DNA from: an uncultured Acidobacteriota bacterium
GTDB taxonomy: Bacteria; Acidobacteriota; Thermoanaerobaculia; Multivoradales; SZUA-115
NCBI GenBank assembly: GCA_963805975.1
Contig: CAWDVR010000002.1
Location: forward strand, 1,125,955-1,189,954
Direction: 5' to 3'
Length of the DNA stretch: 64,000 bases
How positions within the stretch are numbered: the first letter of the stretch is position 1; each line of letters starts with the position of its first letter. The position numbers were made by a program, and so were the translations under genes. The notes under the pieces are model-generated. The model was given only the letters and a program-made list of their open reading frames with translations, searched no databases and was not told the DNA's origin. Of this stretch, positions 59,700-64,000 are shown one piece after another.

Positions 59700-59700
59700 G

Positions 59701-60882
59701 ATGGCGGTCTCTCCTTCCAGCGCCTCGCCCCGTGGTGCGGTGCTCCTCGCCGGCGGCGGTACGGGAGGCCACGTGTTCCCGGCCCTCGCCGTGGCCGCCG
59801 AGCTGGCGGCGCGGGGGTGGGCCGTGAGCCTCGCCGGCAACCGGCAGGGGATGGAGGAGCGCCTGGCTCGGGAGCACGGTGTCGCCTTCCATCCGCTCGC
59901 CGCGCGCCCGTTCCTGGGCAAGGGCAGAGTGGCGCAGGCCCTGGCGCTCGCCACCCTCGGCCGCTCGGCCCTCGCCGCCCGCGGCCTCATCCGCCGGCTG
60001 GGCGCGGGGGTGGTGATCGGCACCGGCGGCTACGCTTCGGCGCCCGCCATCCTGGGCGCACGGCTCGCCAAGCGGCCGGTGCTGCTGCTCGAGATCAACG
60101 CCCGCGCCGGCGCCGCCAACCGCTGGCTGTCGCGCCACGCGGACGCGGCGCTCCTGGCGTTCCCGGAGACGGCGCGCGAGCTCGCCTGCCCGTCCCAGGT
60201 CACCGGCACGCCGGTGCGGCCCGCGTTCTTCGCGGTGCCGCCGCTGGGCGGCCGGACGGCCGGCGTTCGGAAGACGGCTTGGCGGATCCTCGTCCTGGGC
60301 GGCAGCCAGGGCGCCAGGCAGCTCAACGAGCTGGTGCCGCCGGCGCTCGCCGAGGTGGCGCGGGCGGCACTCGGCCGGGGAGCTCACGGCCTGGAGATCA
60401 CCCACCAGTGCGGCGGCACCCAGGTGGAGGCCGCGCAGGCCGCCTACGTGGCGGCCGACGTCGCCGGCGCCCTGGTGCGGGTGACGCCTTTTCTCACCGA
60501 TGTGGCGGGCGCCATGGCCGCGGCGGACCTGGTGATCTGCCGCGCCGGCGCGATGACCGCCGCCGAGGTGGCCGCCGCCGGCCGGCCGGCCGTGTTCCTG
60601 CCGCTGGCCGCCGCCGCCGGCCACCAGGTGGACAATGCCCGGCGCCTCACCGAGGCCGGCGCCGCCCGCCTGCTCACCGGCGCCGAGGCGAGCCGCGAGA
60701 CGCTGGCGGCGATGGTGGGAGAGCTCCTCGCCGACCGCGGCACGCTGGCCGCCATGGGCGAGGCGGCGCGAAAGCTGGCGCGGCCGGATGCAGCGGCGAA
60801 GATCGCCGACCAGGCCGAGATGTGGGCCGCGAGCGGTCCCCGTGCGCGCCGCAGCCGGAAGCCGGCAGAGGCCCGGCCATGA
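59701..60882 (+). CDS. murG: UDP-GlcNAc:lipid I GlcNAc transferase MurG
   Basis: 393 aa. The motifs are GGTGGHVFPALAVA and the C-terminal ICRAGAMTAAE. Confidence 0.9.
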   Translation: MAVSPSSASPRGAVLLAGGGTGGHVFPALAVAAELAARGWAVSLAGNRQGMEERLAREHGVAFHPLAARPFLGKGRVAQALALATLGRSALAARGLIRRLGAGVVIGTGGYASAPAILGARLAKRPVLLLEINARAGAANRWLSRHADAALLAFPETARELACPSQVTGTPVRPAFFAVPPLGGRTAGVRKTAWRILVLGGSQGARQLNELVPPALAEVARAALGRGAHGLEITHQCGGTQVEAAQAAYVAADVAGALVRVTPFLTDVAGAMAAADLVICRAGAMTAAEVAAAGRPAVFLPLAAAAGHQVDNARRLTEAGAARLLTGAEASRETLAAMVGELLADRGTLAAMGEAARKLARPDAAAKIADQAEMWAASGPRARRSRKPAEARP

Positions 60883-62270
60883 TGTTCGGCAACATGACCG
60901 GCCTGCGCCGCATCCACTTCGTGGGCATCGGCGGCTCCGGCATGAGCGGCATCGCCGAGGTGCTGCTCGACTACGACCTCGAGGTCTCGGGCTGCGACCA
61001 GGCGATGGGCGAGGCCACCGAGCGCCTCGAGACGCTGGGCGTGCGCATCCAGCGCGGCCACGGGGCGGAGCACCTCGACGGCGTCGACCTGGTCGTCAAG
61101 TCGTCGGCGGTGGCCGAGGACAATGCCGAGATCCGCGCCGCCCGCGACCGCGGCATCACGGTGGCGCGGCGCTCCGAGATGCTGGGCGAGCTGATGCGCC
61201 TGAAGTACGGCATCGCGGTCGCCGGCACCCACGGCAAGACCACCACCACCTCGATGGTCGGCGCCATCCTCTCCGAGGCGGGCCTCGACCCGACGGTGAT
61301 CGTCGGCGGCCGGCTGCGGGTCTCCGGCACCGGCGCGCGGCTCGGCAAGAGCGACTACCTGGTGGCCGAGGCCGACGAGTACGACCGCAGCTTCCTGCGC
61401 CTGGCGCCGATCCTGGCCGTCATCACCTCGATCGACGCCGATCACCTCGACACCTACGGCGACCTCGCCCGCATCCAGCAGGCGTTCGTGCAGTTCGCCG
61501 ACCGCGTGCCGTTCTTCGGCCGCGCCATCGTCTGCCTGGACGACCCCAACATCCAGGCCATCCTGCCGGAGCTCAAGGACCGCCGGATGTTCACCTACGG
61601 CCTCGGCCCCCAGGCGGACCTGACGGCGATGGCGATCGAGGCGCACGCCGCCGGCAGCCGCTTCCTGGTGCGGCGCCTCGACCAGGGCATGCTGGGCGAG
61701 ATCGATCTGCCGATGCTTGGCCGGCACAACGTGCAGAATGCCCTCGCCGCGATTGCCGTGGGCCTGGCGCTCGAGATCCCCTTCGCCTCGATCGCCCGCG
61801 CGCTCGCCGGCTTCGGCGGCGTGCACCGGCGCTTCGAGCAGGTGGGCAGCTTCCACGGCGCGGCGGTGGTGGACGACTACGCGCACCATCCGACGGAGGT
61901 GGCGGCGACCCTCGAGGCGGCGCGCCAGAGCTGCCCGCGAGGCCGCATCCACGCCATCTTCCAGCCCCACCTCTTCACCCGCACGCGCGACCACGCCGAG
62001 GCCTTCGGCCGCGCCCTGCTCGAAGCCGACCGCGCCACGGTGACCGACGTCTACGCCTCGCGCGAGGCGCCGATCCCCGGGGTCACGGCCGACTCGATCG
62101 TCGCCGCGGCGCGCCAGAGCGGCCACCACCACGTGGCCTACGTGGCGGACTGGCGCGCCGTGCCCGAGCTCCTGGCGCGCGAAGTGGAGGCCGGCGATCT
62201 GGTGCTGACGCTGGGTGCCGGCGACATCTACCGCCTGGCGCGGACGCTCGCCGCGGAGAACGAGCCATGA
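60879..62270 (+). CDS. murC: UDP-N-acetylmuramate--L-alanine ligase MurC
   Basis: 463 aa. The motifs are IHFVGIGGSGMSGIA and AVAGTHGKTTTTSM. Confidence 0.9.
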   Translation: MMFGNMTGLRRIHFVGIGGSGMSGIAEVLLDYDLEVSGCDQAMGEATERLETLGVRIQRGHGAEHLDGVDLVVKSSAVAEDNAEIRAARDRGITVARRSEMLGELMRLKYGIAVAGTHGKTTTTSMVGAILSEAGLDPTVIVGGRLRVSGTGARLGKSDYLVAEADEYDRSFLRLAPILAVITSIDADHLDTYGDLARIQQAFVQFADRVPFFGRAIVCLDDPNIQAILPELKDRRMFTYGLGPQADLTAMAIEAHAAGSRFLVRRLDQGMLGEIDLPMLGRHNVQNALAAIAVGLALEIPFASIARALAGFGGVHRRFEQVGSFHGAAVVDDYAHHPTEVAATLEAARQSCPRGRIHAIFQPHLFTRTRDHAEAFGRALLEADRATVTDVYASREAPIPGVTADSIVAAARQSGHHHVAYVADWRAVPELLAREVEAGDLVLTLGAGDIYRLARTLAAENEP

Positions 62271-63262
62271 GCGCGTTGCCGCAGCGCGCCCCGCAGCCGG
62301 TGCTCCGTGCGAGCTCCGTGACGCGGGTCTCCAGGGCGGGAGTCTCCAGGGCGGGGGTGACCCCCCTGGCGGTCTCGCCTGCGGGCGCGGACGACGCGAC
62401 GCTCTTCCGCCGCATCGCCGTGGCGCCCAAACGGAAGCGTGTCAACCGCGCCGGTCGCGTGCTCCGCGTGCTGTGGAAGCCCGCGCTGGTGGTGGTGGCG
62501 CCGCTCGCCGTCGGCGGCTGGCTCTTCCACTCGCCGCTCCTCGCCCTGGGTGAGGTCGAGGTGGCGCCCAGCTCCCGGGTGCCGGCCGGCTGGGTGCGCC
62601 AGAGCCTGCAGCCCTTGGCCGGCGAGAACCTGCTCGCGCTGTCGCTCCCCGCGGTCACCTTCCGCGTCGGCCAGCATCCGTGGGTGGAAGCGGTCGAGAT
62701 CCACAAGGTGCTGCCCAACCGCCTGCGCCTCGCGGTCACCGAGCGGGTGCCGGCGGCGGTCGTCGAGCGCGGCGGGCTGCGCTTCTGGGCCGCGGGCGAC
62801 GGCCGCTGGATCGCGCGCTTCGAGGCCGGGGAGACGGCGGCGGGCCTGCCGCTCCTGGTCGAGCGCGTGCTGCCCGCCGTAGCGGACGCCGAGGGCGTCG
62901 CCCCGCAGTCGCCGGGGGTGCCCAAGGCGCTGGCGCTCCTGGCGGTGCTCGGCGGGGTCGAGCCGGAGTGGACGGCGAAGCTGCTGCGCGTCGAGGTGCT
63001 CGGCGACGACGACTTCGCGCTGGTCACCGAGGCGCTGCCTTTCCCCGTGCTCTTCGCCTCCGCCGACGCGGCGGCCAAGGCGCGGCACCTGGCGCGGCTG
63101 CTGCCGGAGATCCTGCGCCGCTACGACGAGCTGGAGCAGGTGGACCTGCGCTACTCGCGCCGCGTCGTGCTGGTGCCCACGGCGGGCAAGGCGGCCGGCG
63201 GTGAACGAGAAGTGGAACCAACAGATTCGGACTCGAATTCAGATACCGGAGAGGTCTTCTAG
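62267..63262 (+). CDS. ftsQ: cell division protein FtsQ/DivIB-like (POTRA domain)
   Basis: 331 aa. The ATGA overlap is with murC. It has a TM helix (ALVVVAPLAVGGWLF). POTRA-like LGEVEVAP...VRQSLQPLAGENLLAL is present. It is followed by ftsA. Confidence 0.65.
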   Translation: MSALPQRAPQPVLRASSVTRVSRAGVSRAGVTPLAVSPAGADDATLFRRIAVAPKRKRVNRAGRVLRVLWKPALVVVAPLAVGGWLFHSPLLALGEVEVAPSSRVPAGWVRQSLQPLAGENLLALSLPAVTFRVGQHPWVEAVEIHKVLPNRLRLAVTERVPAAVVERGGLRFWAAGDGRWIARFEAGETAAGLPLLVERVLPAVADAEGVAPQSPGVPKALALLAVLGGVEPEWTAKLLRVEVLGDDDFALVTEALPFPVLFASADAAAKARHLARLLPEILRRYDELEQVDLRYSRRVVLVPTAGKAAGGEREVEPTDSDSNSDTGEVF

Positions 63263-63264
63263 CC

Positions 63265-64000
63265 ATGGCGAAGCCGCAACCGTACTACGTGGGAATTGAC
63301 ATCGGCTCCTCCAAGATCGGCGTGCTGGTCGGGCAACGCGATGACAAAGGCGTGCTCGAGGTCGTCGGCCGGGGCCAGGCGGACAACCGCGGCACCAGGA
63401 AGGGCAACATCATCAACGTGGACATGACGGTGGAGGCGCTGAAGGCCGCCACCGAGGAGGCCGAGGTGATGGCCGGCGTCGAGATCTCCCGCGCCTACGT
63501 CGGCATCGCCGGCGCCGACGTGCGGAGCGTCAACGCGCGCGGCATGGTCTCGGTGGCGCGGAAGGACCGCGAGATCGGCCGCCCGGACATCAAGCGCGTG
63601 CTCGAGGCCGCGCAGTCCGCCGCCCTGCCCTCGGATCGCGAGATCCTGCACGCCATCCCGCAGGAGTTCATCGTCGACGAGCAGGGCGGGATCGGCGATC
63701 CGCTCGGCATGCTGGGGAGCCGGCTCGAGGTCACCGTGCACCTGGTGACCGGCAACACCTCGCGCTCGAAGACGCTCCTCACCTCGATCAACCGCGCCGG
63801 CATCGAGGTGGTGGAGCTGGTCTTCGAGCCGCTGGCGACCGCCGAGGCCGTGCTCACCGCCGACGAGCGCGAGCTCGGCGTGCTGCTGCTCGACATCGGC
63901 GCCGGCACCTCGGAGTACGCGCTGCTTGCCGACGGCGAGGTCTACCACTCGGGCGTGCTGCCGATCGGCGCCGGCCACTTCACCAACGACCTCGCCATGG
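63265..64000 (+). CDS. ftsA: cell division protein FtsA (N-terminal ~245 aa; runs off the window)
   Basis: The actin-fold N-terminus is YYVGIDIGSSKIGVLVG. It continues to the window edge. Confidence 0.85.
   Translation, partial: MAKPQPYYVGIDIGSSKIGVLVGQRDDKGVLEVVGRGQADNRGTRKGNIINVDMTVEALKAATEEAEVMAGVEISRAYVGIAGADVRSVNARGMVSVARKDREIGRPDIKRVLEAAQSAALPSDREILHAIPQEFIVDEQGGIGDPLGMLGSRLEVTVHLVTGNTSRSKTLLTSINRAGIEVVELVFEPLATAEAVLTADERELGVLLLDIGAGTSEYALLADGEVYHSGVLPIGAGHFTNDLAM

Overview
High-GC (~70%) bacterial chromosomal segment, probably Acidobacteria-like given a CarboxypepD_reg-type TonB-dependent receptor and a PepSY partner. Almost all genes are on the + strand and many overlap at start/stop codons.

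Gene content in order:
- 5' part of lptD, then a thiolase, both on the minus strand.
- ruvX-mltG with a tandemly duplicated junction.
- A pseudokinase-TM-TonB_C fusion gene.
- A low-GC (~55%) gene for a secreted Cys-rich repeat protein.
- A CsgG/LpoB-like gene.
- kynA-kynU-aryl-CoA ligase.
- A secreted S1 protease.
- An initiator tRNA-fMet with its terminator.
- An ECF sigma / ZAS anti-sigma / TPR-CHAT / small ORF / second caspase-fold protein operon.
- Sulfatase and methyltransferase genes.
- eno-ftsB.
- moaA behind a near-consensus sigma70 promoter and a ~340-nt leader.
- An M23 peptidase gene.
- A DUF785-like gene next to a rimK carrying three +1 frameshifts.
- A compact biosynthetic operon (ACP, KS, CLF-like KS-beta, TlpA-like thioredoxin, flavin halogenase, carotenoid-cleavage-type oxygenase).
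- Two paralogous XRE regulators flanking a nucleotidyltransferase, a small ORF and an ABC-F ATPase.
- TonB-dependent receptor and PepSY genes.
- mfd.
- Two parvulin PPIase genes.
- A long dcw cluster (mraZ-rsmH-ftsL-ftsI-murE-murF-mraY-murD-ftsW-murG-murC-ftsQ-ftsA) with no murB or ddl.

A family of nested palindromic REP/MITE-like elements (two full copies, two half copies) sits just downstream of genes, after the stop codon of four genes. No rRNA, CRISPR array, transposase or integrase was seen.

The most interesting candidate is the stand-alone TPR-CHAT + ECF sigma + anti-sigma module, which resembles the Craspase Csx29/Csx30/Csx31 signalling arm but has no CRISPR-Cas.
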